This document shows, piece by piece, positions 48,752 to 61,080 of a DNA stretch of 64,000 bases. Made by a program: the position numbers and the translations under genes. Source of the DNA: Ostrea edulis (lineage: Eukaryota); NCBI RefSeq assembly GCF_947568905.1, contig NC_079169.1, positions 62,248,001-62,312,000 of the forward strand, given 5' to 3'. Within the stretch, counting starts at the first letter, position 1. The number at the start of each line of letters is the position of its first letter. A model generated the notes under the pieces. The model saw nothing but the letters and a program-made list of their open reading frames with translations. It was not told the origin of the DNA and searched no databases.

Positions 48752-49830
48752 TGGCACGCCGTTTCTACATTTATTCCTCTTTAAGGATATCTCATAAACT
48801 TTATAAGATACCTTATAAAAATTATAAGATATCTTATTAACGTTTTTGATATAAGATATCTCATAAACTCTATAAAATATCTTATAAAGTATCCTATGAA
48901 TTTATTTTTTGTAAGATATATCTTATAAAACATATTAGATATTTTGTATGTATTATGAGACATTTCATAAAGTTTATGAGATATCTTATAAAAATTGAGC
49001 TATGAGATATCTTATAAAACCTATAAAATATCTTATTTGTTTAATAAAATATCTTATAAAAACAAATTTATAAGATATATCATAAACTTTATAAGATATG
49101 TTGTTTACTGTACAAGATATCTTATAAAGTGAATGGAGATATCTTATATAGTTTGTGGTTGCCAGTTTATATAGTTTTGTATGGTTGCCAGTTTATATAG
49201 TTTTGTATGGTTGCCAGTTTATATAGTTTTGTATGGTTGCCAGTTTATATAGTTTTGTATGGTTGCCAGTATGTGGAATGACTTTCCGCAGCATATTAAA
49301 GCTGCCAAAACATTAACGTGTTTTGTTTTTAAACTTTTTAAAAGTTGCTTTCCCTGATTTTTAAGCTTCTTATACAGTACAAGTTTTTGTCAATGACCGT
49401 TCTAATGCAAATTTCTAAATCTTATTGTTTTATCTCGTTGATTTCTATTACTTTGCATAGTGCTCGACATTTAAAAAAACCCCTTTAGCTATTGATTTTA
49501 ATTATAGTGTTTTATTTGACTAATTTTACAGATTTAAGATCATGTGCCATTTCATTTAATTGTGTTTTACTGTTTTCTTCCTCTTCTTAACCTTGTAAAA
49601 CACCTTAGAGTACTATGTTTTATATAAAGCGCTACATAAATTTTATCATCATTATGTTATTATTAATATAGTTTATAAGATATCATATATATTTTATGAG
49701 ATATTTTATAAACTGTAAATCATATGATATATCTTACAAGATTTATTTGATTCCTTATTAAAAATGGAAGATATCTCATAAATCATATAAGATATCTTTA
49801 TAGAGGAATAAATATATATATGGCGTGCCA
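48752..49830. mobile_element. TA-flanked TIR element directly upstream of the paralog ATG; contains AAGATATCTTATAA repeats, a 26-27-bp x4 tandem and a LINE-like 3' fragment
   Basis: ta|TGGCACGCCGTTTCTACATTTATTCCTC ... GAGGAATAAATATATATATGGCGTGCCA|ta. Confidence 0.7.
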
Positions 49831-50409
49831 TATTCAACGTTATGATAATTAATTCGAATGAGGTTTTTCGGTGAAGATGGCGTTATGAACAGCTGATTTG
49901 CTGGCGCGGATACTGAGGTAATGTAGTCTCATCTGATCAGACCACGGTCTTATCTGATCACATGGCAATACGATCACCCCATAACATTGTAAACACTATA
50001 TTCCGGATTGTGAAAAAACAAAATGATAAATTAAAGATATGAATGCTCGTTAAAATCACCTAAACGTCCTTTGATGCGCGGAGGTATCAATATATCGTTT
50101 ATATAACATATCCCACAACAGTATCATTGCACATTCAAGATGATTTTAAATATGCTTCATACTTTTATTTTCTACAATCCGATAGACAATCCTTTCTGCA
50201 TACTACAACATCTATATTGCAGATTATTATTTTTATTGTTATTCATAACAAAGAATGGTCTCATCTATTGTCATGGTGTTTTCTACAGAATCCGTGCACG
50301 AGGTCATTCGGCAATATCTAATGTCAAGTTGTAGCAGAATTACCAGATATCTCTCGTGGTCACATCTACAGAATTCGTACATGACACCATTCAGTAATGC
50401 TTTTGATGT

Positions 50410-52045
50410 TCAGGAGAAAAGGTGAAGATAAAGAACAGTGATCAATCTCATAACTCCTATAAGCAATACAAAATAGACAGTTGGGTAAACACGGACACCA
50501 GAGGTGGGAGCAGGTGTCTAGGAGGAGTAAGCATCCCCCGTCAACCGGTCACACCTGCCGTGGGCCCTATATTTTGATCTGATAAACTGTGTTGTCCGTT
50601 GTCAAAATCAGTGTGTAAAATTGGTATGAAACTTTGAACGCGACTATTGAACCCTCTGTAACACCAACTTGTTTGTCAGTAGCCTGCCTCGATTTAAAAA
50701 CTGACCATACACAGAACAACCTCTTGTGCATCGAATCAGTTGAGAGATATAAACACCATATACAGGTGATGAGGAAATATTGCTACAACAATATAGAATG
50801 TTGACGACGGAGAAGCTGAAATCACCCCTTATAAAAAGTCATAGATTTTGATGTTGTTGATTTGAGAAAAGTTTTGAAATTTCTTATTTACTAAAAGGTT
50901 AGAATTTTTTTATAATCCACATTTGATTTACACCACTTCTGGCATATGTTGTGGCACAATACATTTGAAGTTTTTTCTTCACAGCTGTCGATATCGTGAG
51001 GAGCAAAGATAGGGGCTTCAGGCTGTCCAGCACACTCTGACAAATAATAAGGGCTAATTTTAGGACTGAAATTACGAAAATTTAGGGCTAAAATTAGGAA
51101 ATTCATAACTAAATTAGGGCAGATTTAGACATTTAAATGGTTTTACTTTCGCAATTTGGACAATAAAAGAAACTCACAAAAATACTCTCCGTGCAGGAAG
51201 AGTGTCTTCCAGCTATCATTAGTAGTCATATCTTTGTCACAAGCAATAAACAGCTTGACACATGGATTCATTCACTGGTCAAATTTAGTTTGAATGCATT
51301 TTCAAAAATAAATTTTCAAAAAATAGGAATTGACGGGGAAAATTAGGGCTTTTAAAAAAAGTATTTCCACATGAATTTAACATTTTCAAAGGAATTTTAA
51401 CAAAACTAAATTTTTTTTAGAAGTTTTGGGGAATTTTGGGGCCACTGGACATTCTGGGGCCTGGTAAGACATTTACTGGATCCAACAATATATCTTTGTA
51501 AGTCTGTGATGTCCTGTTTATTCTCTTTTACGTTATTAATTTGGGATGGCGGTGGTAGTATTTTCAAGAAACTATTTTAGAAGATGTTTTAATGGCAAGA
51601 CTGTAATGATTGGCTAAATTATCTTGCGTTATCATAAAGCTAGGATTTTTTTTGCAGTCTTTACTACTTACTCCAAAGGAACGAGGTTCAGATTTGGATT
51701 AAGGGTTAGATTTGCGTTTTATCTGAGCATGGATACGGTTTTGATTTGGTTTTAATATCTGGGTCGTTATAACAATCTAGTTTGCCAATACAACCTATCA
51801 TTGGATCAAATGCTGTCTGACTTGTTTTATACCGATTGCTAGGCCGTTTTTGACACACTGATTTTTACTACAGATAACTCCGTTTACTTGATCAAGATAT
51901 TGGGCTCACGGCTGGTGTGACCGGTCAACAGGGGATGATCCCACCTCTGGTATATCCAGGGGTCCATGTTTGCCCAACTCTCTATTTTGTATTGCTTATA
52001 GGAGTTATGAGATTGTTCGCTGTTTGTTATCTTCACCTTTCAATA
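50410..52045. mobile_element. Penelope-like element: internally deleted - strand copy plus an inverted + strand 3' copy
   Basis: Matches segments of the 54365-56260 copy; 51760-52045 is the same 3' region in the opposite orientation. Confidence 0.6.
51019..51456. mobile_element. Non-autonomous TIR element inserted in the Penelope-like remnant, 6-bp TSD
   Basis: CAGGCTGTCCAG / CTGGACATTCTG, TSD GGGCTT/GGGCCT; the empty site is visible in the sister copy at ~55535. Confidence 0.7.
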
Positions 52046-52092
52046 CTATTCATATTTGATAGATTAAGGTTAAGACTTTGGTTGGCATACCG

Positions 52093-53200
52093 TTTTTAGC
52101 TCACCTGAACTGAAAGCTAACGTGAGCTACCCTGATCTCTGTACGTAAACTTTTCACATTTTCATTTTACTCAGAACCACTGGACCAATTTTAATCAAAC
52201 TTAGTATAAATCAGCCTTGTGTAAAGGGAATTTATTTTCATTCAAACGAAGGGTCATGCACCCTTCAAAGGGGAGATAATCAAAAATGGCGAAAATAAGG
52301 TGGGTAATTTAAAACCCCTGGACCAGAAAACTTGTACATGCGAGCCTCCTGATAGTAGATTTAAGTTAGTTCAAACGATGGTCTCCGGGGTTAGGGTGAT
52401 CACAAAAGGGGATCAAAAGTTCACTTGGAGATACAAGTTTATATGAAAGTAAAGATTGTTTTTATGAAAAACTAATGTCTCCCCAGCTCCCCAAAATTGG
52501 AAGTGCTCCAAATGAAACTTCAGCTCCTTAATGTAATGCATGGTTTGGAGGAGAAAGCATGAGCAAGAACATAGACATTATGAACTCCCATAACCACATA
52601 GGAGAAGTGTTCAGAAACTATTTTACACCCTCCACCCCTCAGATCCACTATAATTTTAAGGAAAACAATTGGATCCTCCTGTTCCTACAATATGCATATC
52701 TGCAAATGGCATTGAAGTATTGTACAAAATTACAAGTCTATCGGATAAGCCATATAGGAGGAGAAGCGTTCACAAGCTATTTTAACATCCCCCATCCCTC
52801 TTACCGGTAGATCCACTATAACGTTTAGGAAAGTAATTGTATCCCCCTGTTTCCCAAATATGCACATCTACAAATGGCAATGAAGCATTGTACAAAGTTT
52901 CAAATCTATCTGATAAGCCATATAGGAGAAGTGTTCACAAGCTATTTTACATCATCCACCCCTCTTAGATCCACTATAACTTTTAGGAAAATAATTGCAA
53001 CCTCCTGTCCCTACAATATGAACATCTACAAATGGCAATAAAGCATTATACAAAGTTTTAAGTCTATCCAATAACCCATATAGGAGGAGAAGCGTTCACA
53101 AGATTTTGTGACGGACAGACGGACGGACGAACAGCCGGAGGGAAAATACAAAAACAATATGCCCCCCCCCCCTTTTGAAAGAGGGGAGCCATAAAGAACA
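52093..53200. mobile_element. Helentron-like remnants with ~165-bp satellite (3+ units)
   Basis: TTTTTAGCTCACCTGAAC start; ATAAGCCATATAGGAG(GA)GAAG repeats; (GACG)n and terminal hairpin near 53160-53195. Confidence 0.55.
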
Positions 53201-53599
53201 GGACCTTCACTAGTCATGTTAATATGCAAGCCCCCCCCCCCCCCCCCCCCCCCCCGAAGTAGAGTGGGCCACAATATGGGATCAAGACTTTACAAGGAAG
53301 CATGATTTGAAAGAATCTTCATCACTACATTAATTGGGCCATGAAATGCAACGAATTTCAGAAACTGGTAGTGGTATATAAGTGGTAGGGCGTTCGCTTT
53401 GTAACCGGGATGTCGTGAGTTCGAGCTCACTGGTATTGTCCAACTTAGGAAGAGGGCACTTCAAACAGAAGAGGCCGCCAAGGTCGGAGAGTGCTTCTAC
53501 ACCAAAGACGGGATCATAATGCAAAAATGGCGACCACCTGGTGCAAAAATTGAATGAAAAGAAAATGAACTTGGAACCCTCAATTGACCCCAGAACCCA

Positions 53600-54240
53600 A
53601 ATGTCGTCGACATTTCAAGACTTTGAAATATTTTGGTATACAGTGCTGAAAGTTTATTTGCAAGTACCATTAACCGAAAGAGCCGTGGCAATTTCTGCAT
53701 TTGTGACCCCACATGGCCTGTTTCAATATAAAGTGACGCCTTTGACATAAAAAATGCTCCATTGAGGTTTCAGAGGATGATTCACTCCATAAGCGCCGAA
53801 CATAGGCAGTGGTGACGTCTCCTTTCTTGAGAGGGACGTTAAACAATATACAACCAACCAACCATTCTTTATGACCTTCAAGATGTGGAGTCTACATTGA
53901 TGATGTTATTGTCGACAGCGACACATGGGACGAACATCTCCGAATCATGTTTGCGTTCTTCGACATTCTGACAAAAGCAAACTTAACAGTGAACCTTACG
54001 ATGAGTGACTTTTGCCATGTTACTGTAGAACATTTAGGTCATAAATTAGGTCAAGGTTATGTTACACCTATTATGTGGAAGCTATCACAAAGTTCCCGAT
54101 TCCTACAAACAAGAAAGAGATGAGATTTTTGGGCATGACTGTCTTTTACAGAAAATGTCCACATTTTTCCTCAATAGTTGGCACACTTACCAGCACATTA
54201 CAAAAGAGGGCCAAGTTTGAAAGGACAAAGGACTGTGACG
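53600..54240 (+). pseudogene. Decayed Ty3/Gypsy reverse transcriptase fragment
   Basis: SAFVTPHGLFQYKVTP, NAP..FQRM, YIDDVIV, R.FLGM..FYRK; frameshifted and interrupted by a SINE tail. Confidence 0.75.
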
Positions 54241-54364
54241 AATGATTAATTGTATATTGTTTAACGTCCCGCTTGAGAAATTTTTCATATTTTATATGGA
54301 GACGTCACCATTACCAGTGAAGGGCCTCAAAATTTAGGCCTGTGCTTTTTTTCAAATTTTTTCA

Positions 54365-56260
54365 ACTGCGCCAGTTGATATTGATGAAAGGTGAAGATAA
54401 TGAACAGTGATCAATCTCATAACTCATATAAGAGATACAAAATAGAAAGTTGGGCAAACACAGACCCCTGGATATATCAGAGGTGGGATCAGGTGCTTAG
54501 GAGGAGTAAGCATCCCCTGTCGACCGGTCACACCCACCGTGATCATGATCAGGTAAACGGAATTATCCGTAATCAAAATCAGTGTGCCAAGAACGGCCTA
54601 ACAGTCGGTATTAAACACGTCAGACAGCATTTGACTCAATGATAGGTTGTATTGGCAAACAAGATCGTTTTAACGACCATAGAATTTGCGAAATGCTGAT
54701 TTTAAACGAGACTGTTGGAACCCCTGCACCATCAAATTGTTTGTCAGATACCTGCTTCGATTCAAAACCTCATCATAATCAGAACAAGCTCTTGCCTATC
54801 GAATCAGTTAAGAGATATAAACACCACATGCAGGTGATAATGGAATATTGCTACATAAATATGGGAAGTTGACAATACAGAAGCTGAAATCACCCCGTTT
54901 GTCATCACGTTGAGTTGTTAGTTTGCCATTAATATCTACTTTCAATAGAATATGAAGCAGAAGTGGACGACTCTGTGGTGTGTTTTATTTCGAGTTCACT
55001 GGGATATACCAAATCGACATATGAATGAAAATTATTATTGTTAATAGATAATACGTCGTCGATATATCTACATGTCGAATTGAAGGCCACAGCATTTTTT
55101 CTTCTCACGTAGAAGTTTTTGAATAAATTCTACTTCATAGGGATATAAAAACAGGTCAGTAAACAAAGGAACACCATTCTTGCCCAATCGAATTCCAAAA
55201 GACTTTTGGAATACCTCGTCACCAAAGACCATGAAGACATTGTCAATAAGGAACTCCAGCATATATTTTATTTCAACTTCAGAGTACTTGTGCGTGGAAT
55301 GTCAAATAGTCTAGTATTTAATTTATCGTGCGGAATGGCCGTGTAAAGTGTTGAAAAGTCATACGTTTTGATGTTGTTGATTTGAGAAAAGTTTTCCGAT
55401 TTCAAGTTTACTAAAAGTTCTTTTTTTATAACCCACATTTGATTTACACCACATCTGGCATCTGTAGTCCCACAGTACGTTTGAAGTTTCTCCTTCACAG
55501 CTGTTAATATTTTCGTGAGGATCAGAGATAGAGGCTTGGTAGAATATTTACTAGATCCAGCAGTATGTCTTTGTAAGGCTTTTTATGAAGTTTAGGAATC
55601 CAGTATAGGTACGGTAACTCATATCCATCCGACCCATTGACTAGTATATTAAATGTGTCTAAAACTGAAGCATGGTTTTAAGGAATTTCGTCTTTTGAAA
55701 GGGCAGTTGGAGTGTAAGTACGATTACCATAAGTGGAATTAATGCCAAATTCGTTTAAAAATGAGCCTTACAAAGAAAGACAATGTTGTTAGAAGCTTTG
55801 TCAGCTGGAATCAAAACATATTCCTCATGTAACCTATCTAATTCTTTTCTCAGTTCTGGTTTACTAAACACAGAAAGATAGATGGTACATACTTATGTTT
55901 GAATATGTCTTATGCGGGATTTTAATATTCTTTGTATACTTTTAATCCATTCTGACAATGTATCAAGTTCTTCTTTTTCATATTTAGCCCATCGTCTGGC
56001 ATATTCCTTGACAGGATTCATAATAGAGATGAAGTTCTGTCGCCAATTGAAAAATCGAGGTTCCCTGTATTTAGGACCTTTTAGAATAAGTGATTTGAGG
56101 TCCTCATTTTCAACTACATGTTTATCAACATCACCAGTAATGACATGTCCAGCGGGACTATATTTGAAAGAAGATGAAGAACAAAAACTGTAAGAATTGT
56201 ATTTGAACTTTATTTCAAGTCTTAATTTTCCTTCTTCTAAAAGTACGTCATTCATAGATT
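54365..56260 (-). mobile_element. Decayed Penelope-like retroelement (RT plus 3' region)
   Basis: YSPAGHVITGD, GPKYREP, TYDFSTLYTAIPH, GI..G.N..PL..DLFLY; frameshifts; no C-terminal endonuclease visible. Confidence 0.7.
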
Positions 56261-56644
56261 TAATACTGTAGTATTCTTATTCCTCTACCATCTTTTATTT
56301 TAAAATTGAAATCATACCGAAAATTTCATATTTATTTTTATCAAAACTGCTTCTCTGAGTCAGCGGAGTTAATACCATGATGTTCTTCCTGGTCATACAC
56401 AATCTTTTGTTGTGAATACTGATATTGAGGAAGACATACGGTTATATACAGATAAGAGACATTTAAGGAACGCTGTCACGCTTTGGTATATTCAATACCT
56501 CGAACTTGGACTGAAATCCGATAAGAGGAGCCATATCATTATATTTATATTTCCTCCCCGACTTTGCTTTTGTTCTATGTTGTTTAACGATCTATTCGCG
56601 AATTTTTCACTCATAAAGAATCGACAACAGCAGTAGGAAAAGTG

Positions 56645-56890
56645 TCACAAATGACATATGTATAACACTCTTGCTAAGGTCGTAACTGTGGAGTTTTTGT
56701 TATCATACCAACGCCTACCGTGACAAAGGGTCTCCATTTTCAATGTCATATCCAAATTTCGGGCGCTTAACGAATGAACAGTCACCCTGGTTAACGTCTT
56801 AAGTTCAATGCGGCACCGGGATTGAGATTCGAAACCGGGATCTTGTTGCCAAGCAATTGCTCTAAACACTACACTACCGTGACCCGGTTC
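56645..56890 (-). mobile_element. Old tRNA-derived SINE
   Basis: Reverse complement head GGTAGTGTAGTGTTTAGAGC...GGTTTCGAATC. Confidence 0.5.
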
Positions 56891-57419
56891 TGTTATTCTG
56901 GAAAAAGAAATTTATTGTGTATTATACGCTGAATAAACATAATGTTGACATCAGTTGACCATTTGCGTTGAAGTAGGTAGCTGAAGACCTGTAGCACTCT
57001 TGGTGGAAATTGGTATAGACCAGAGAACTATAAGAGATGTAAAAATATACAGATTTAAGTTCCGAATTTATGTAAATCAAAAGTTTTCATAACGGCTGGA
57101 ATTGTATAGCTCTCAGATATATCCTGATTTTCCCATAGAGCTAGTTCTGCAGCTGTGAAAAAAGAAGTCATATGACAGCTGTTGCGACGTTTTGACAGTT
57201 CAGACACCAAATTTTTCTTTGGAAAGAAATAGGTTATTGCATTATTTCAAATATATCACATGTCTTGAGCAATATTTATAAGGATTTTGAATGGTTTTTT
57301 TTTGTTGTTGTTTTTTTTTTTTTTTTTTTTTTTTTACATCTATTGTGCTAGTAACACGGTGAGCAGGCAAAGTTTCCACGGCTGCCTAATTAATTCATTT
57401 GCACATCGTTGTATACATT

Positions 57420-57611
57420 TCCCGTGGGGATCCGGGTTAGAATAGGTCCTCCGTACCCCTTGCTTGTCGTAAGAGGCGACTAGATGTGGCGGTCCTTCGG
57501 ATGAGACCGTAAAAAACCGAGGTCCAGTGTCGCAGCAGGTGTGGCACGATAAAGATCCCTCCCTGCTCAAACGCAAGCGTCGATCATAGGCCTAACTTTT
57601 CCTACCCTTCA

Positions 57612-57647
<36 letters not shown>

Positions 57648-57686
57648 GTCGGGAGGGACATTAAACATCTATACAATCAATCAATC
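57420..57686 (+). mobile_element. 5'-truncated SINE with Deu/Nin-like domain
   Basis: TCGGATGAGACCGTAAAAAACCGAGGTCC...ATAAAGATCCC, tail (CAAT)n. Confidence 0.65.
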
Positions 57687-58104
57687 GTTGCATATTATTG
57701 TAATGGTGTGGGTTGTACAGGCATATACAACAACACCAATGGCAGGATTCAACATAAGAGTTTACATTCTTTTCTAATCAGCTCTATGTGTGACACAGAA
57801 CCAATTTCTGATCAGGTCCAAAATATATGCTGGTAATAGATAGTCAAAATGTACTTGGAAAATCTCCTTCTAGGAAACACTTCTATACTCTTAGATGACA
57901 ATTCAAAATAGAGGGAATTTAAAGAACCAATGAAATTGGAGTGTTCTATATTCTACAGATATTTACATGGTGCTATCACTGACCATTACGATCTCATAAT
58001 CTATAAATAACTTTAGAGATATTTGCATATACTATTCATTATGAAGTAGTACGTAAATTAAATTAATAGTAAAGGCAACTATTGTCAGATGCCAATCTTC
58101 ATAA

Positions 58105-58295
58105 TGTAAAACTTATACGGTACCAATTTTGATGCACCAGATGCGCATTTCGACAAATAATGTCTCCTCAGTGATGCTCAACCGAAATGTTTGAAATCCG
58201 AAATAACTATGAAGTTTTAGAGCTAAATATAGCCAAAAACAGCGTCCCAAAAAAATGGAGCCAAATTCGTCCAAGGATAAGAGCTATGCATCTAG
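58105..58295 (-). mobile_element. Solo Penelope-type terminal repeat (pLTR) carrying a hammerhead motif
   Basis: Inserted in the LTR; contains the ribozyme listed next. Confidence 0.6.
58134..58177 (-). ncRNA. Minimal type I hammerhead ribozyme
   Basis: GCAUCA-CUGAGGA-GACA(UUAUU)UGUC-GAAA-U(GCGC)A-UC-UGGUGC: complete core, helix I 6 bp, helix II 4 bp, 2-bp helix III with palindromic loop. Confidence 0.8.
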
Positions 58296-60823
58296 ATAAT
58301 GAAATAATATATTTACTTGGGAAAATATCACCCTGTCACATGCTCCCCCTCTTTGTAAAATGACGTTCTCGTCATTTAGTGCAGCAAAAAATATAGATAT
58401 GAAAATATACTAATAATAGGTAGGGCTTATTTGAGTTACTTGACTGTAAAGTATGAAAAATCAAAGCTAGTAAAATATATTAAAATTCTTAAAATGTCTC
58501 GAATACTTATATCTTTAATATCCAACTTGCTAGACTGACTGAACTGACTGGTTTATTTTGATTAGAAAATGACTTTACCAGTAACTATATCTATGAGAGC
58601 TTTAGCTACTGCTTCGGAATTCAACGAGTTAATAATTGGATTAGTGGCGAGCGACTGCAAATAATCTGCTCTGACTTTCCATTCTTATTGAGATACATGT
58701 ACTGCTATCGGTTGGTTGATAAGATAATCGCCTCTTTTCATCCAAGCAGATTTATCTCCATCTTTTTTACTTCCTCTGACCCTCAGCATCATCTTCACCA
58801 TTTTCCTCATCAGTACTGTTAAGGTAGGGTACGCTCCCAACTCTAGTACTAGTATCTGGTAATTTAGCAATGTTACTATCTTCATCCTCATCTTGAGTGC
58901 TGACCTCTTTATCCTTCTTTCCATCCTCCGAAGCATTAGCGACTGTATAAACATCTACTGTCGCTTCTTTGGGTATATTGGTACCAGCATGTGCTTCATC
59001 TCTCTCTGGAGCGGATGCAGCTCCTGCCACCTCAGTTAACACTGTATCAGGTGTATCTATACTTTGTCTATCTGCAGAAGTTACATGGAGCTTTGGAACT
59101 AAAACAGGTGTACTTTCATCGCGGTTTGCAATGTCTTCTGTCTCTCCTTCGAACCAATAACTGTATTCTGAATCGCTTTGATCTTGTTTCTGGTCTTTAG
59201 TTTCTCTCTTGGATACTCTGGTGATAGGTTTGCTTCATCTAGGTGCTGGTTTGGGTCTAGGTTTGTTCTCAAGTTCGAATTCATCAAGGTGACCAAAAGT
59301 AACTTTCTATGCAGTGTTCTTTGTATCTCTCCGTCACTCTACTTTTTGACCACATAAACTGGAATGTCTTCATTGGGCTGGCGGTAAAGTATATATGGTT
59401 CTTCCTCCCATTTATCAGATAGCTTATGCCTCCCATCAAATACATTTATCGTCACTTGGAATCTGTCTCCTGGTCGGATTACAGCTCCTCTAACTTTGAT
59501 ATCAGAATTCTTTTTCTGTCTTTGTTGTGATTTTTTCAATGGAATCTTTGGCTAATTTGTAGGAATTTTCCAATTTCGATTTCAAATTTGCAATATATTT
59601 ATGAAAAGTTCCTGGTTTGTCTTAGTCTTAGTGTTGAAGATTTTGTCAACAGGTACATGTAATTTCGGTTGTCGGCCAAACATTAAAAAGAGAGACAATT
59701 GTCCAGTTGTTTATTGTCTCATAGAATTGTAGGCGTAAAGTAATGAAGATATGTATGATTTTCAGTACTGTATTGGTATTTTTCTAGTATCCCTAACATT
59801 TTGATCAAAGTTCGATTAAACCTCTCCGTCAACTCATTTCCCATAGGGTGGTATGATGTGGTTCTTGATTTCTCAATTCCCAACATACTGTATAATTCTC
59901 AGGTGATGTTGGACTCAAACTGTGCTCCTTGATCACTGGAGTTTCAATGGAATGCCATAATGAACTATGAAGTTGTTATATAATGCTTCAGCTGTCGTCT
60001 TTAATGTCTAATTTCTTGTAACTATGGCTTGGGCATATCTCGTAAAATGATCTGCAATAACGAGTATATTTTCATAACCACCTTTGGAGGTTTCTAATTT
60101 CAAGTAGTCCACACACACCAGTTCAAGAGGTTGAAAAGTTTTGATGCTTGTCAATGGAGCTCTTTCGTTATTCGATGTTTTCCCCAGATGACATCGCCTG
60201 CAGTTGTTGATATGATTTTCAACATCAGAAGTCATTCCATGCCAGTAAAATCTATCTCTGATCAAATTAATGGTCTTTTCTAGGATGTCCTATTTCGGTA
60301 TGAAGATGGTAAAGTAACCTGCGTCTTGTTTTCTTCATTCACTGTGATCTGTCTAACTAAATTACATCTTTGATTTTCAGTTTGGCAAAGTTTCGATACA
60401 TTGCAGCATGTTTTTGTGAAAAATTGAATGGCAGTTGATGTTTTTGTCTGGTAATTATCCCTGATAAATGGTATCCAAAAGCGTAATACAGGATCATTCT
60501 GTTGGCAGTACTGTACATCAATTTCAATATAGTCTGATAAATCTGGTAACTGTCCTACTGCAGATGTTGTTATAGATAGGCATTGTGAGTATGGCAATGC
60601 ATTTAGAGAATTACAAATGGCTTTGATGGAATCATCCGGAATTCTGGACAAGCTGTCTGCATCAGCATTCTGGCTACCAAGTCTTTACTTGAGGTCGAAA
60701 TCATAATTGGCTAGAGCTGCAACTCATCTTTGACTCGTAGCGTCCAACTTCACTGATGTCATTACGTATGAGAGTGGGTTATTGTCAGTAAGTACCGTAA
60801 ATATGTTTCCATATGCTATAACT

Positions 60824-61080
60824 AGGGGTCTCCGTGGCCGAGTGGTTAGAGCATCGCGCTCAAAATCACACGGCCTCTCACCTCTGTCGGCGCGGGTTCG
60901 AATCCCGCTCGCGCCGGTGTGAGAAAGATTCCCAGTTTACTTTCGGAAGGTCGGTGGTCTCTTCCCAGGTACATTGTATCTGGGTTCTTTCTTCCACCAA
61001 TAAAAACTGGGCGCCACCATATAACTGAAAAATTGTTGAGTGTGGCGGAAAAAAATCAATTAATCAATCAATCAATCAAC
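60824..61080 (+). mobile_element. Full-length tRNA-derived SINE inserted in the Gypsy RNase H region
   Basis: A and B boxes, Meta-like domain, (CAAT)n tail, TSD ATATGCTATAACT (60811-60823 and 61081-61093). Confidence 0.92.

Larger units (their letters stand above)
57699..58340 (-). repeat. 3' LTR of the Gypsy element (TG...CA), interrupted by a Penelope-type repeat
   Basis: PPT then TGTGACAGGG...; ends ...CACCATTACA. Confidence 0.55.

Noticed and set aside
49866-49925. AAGATGGCG...GAG|GTAATG as the first exon of a third gene
   Set aside because: The ATG is followed by a stop after three codons, and no downstream exons were found.
57500-57530. CGGATGAG...GAGGTCC as a second hammerhead
   Set aside because: Lacks the CUGA and GAAA core; it is the Deu/Nin-like SINE domain.
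58685-59296. Acidic ORFs after the integrase as a captured gene or env
   Set aside because: They follow the integrase C-terminal region on the same strand, are low-complexity, and have no signal peptide or TM; best read as the frameshifted pol tail.
60824-60915. tRNA genes here and at ~34320-34405, ~39800-39885 and ~53370-53435
   Set aside because: A and B boxes run into SINE bodies with tails and a TSD; no complete cloverleaf or poly-T terminator.
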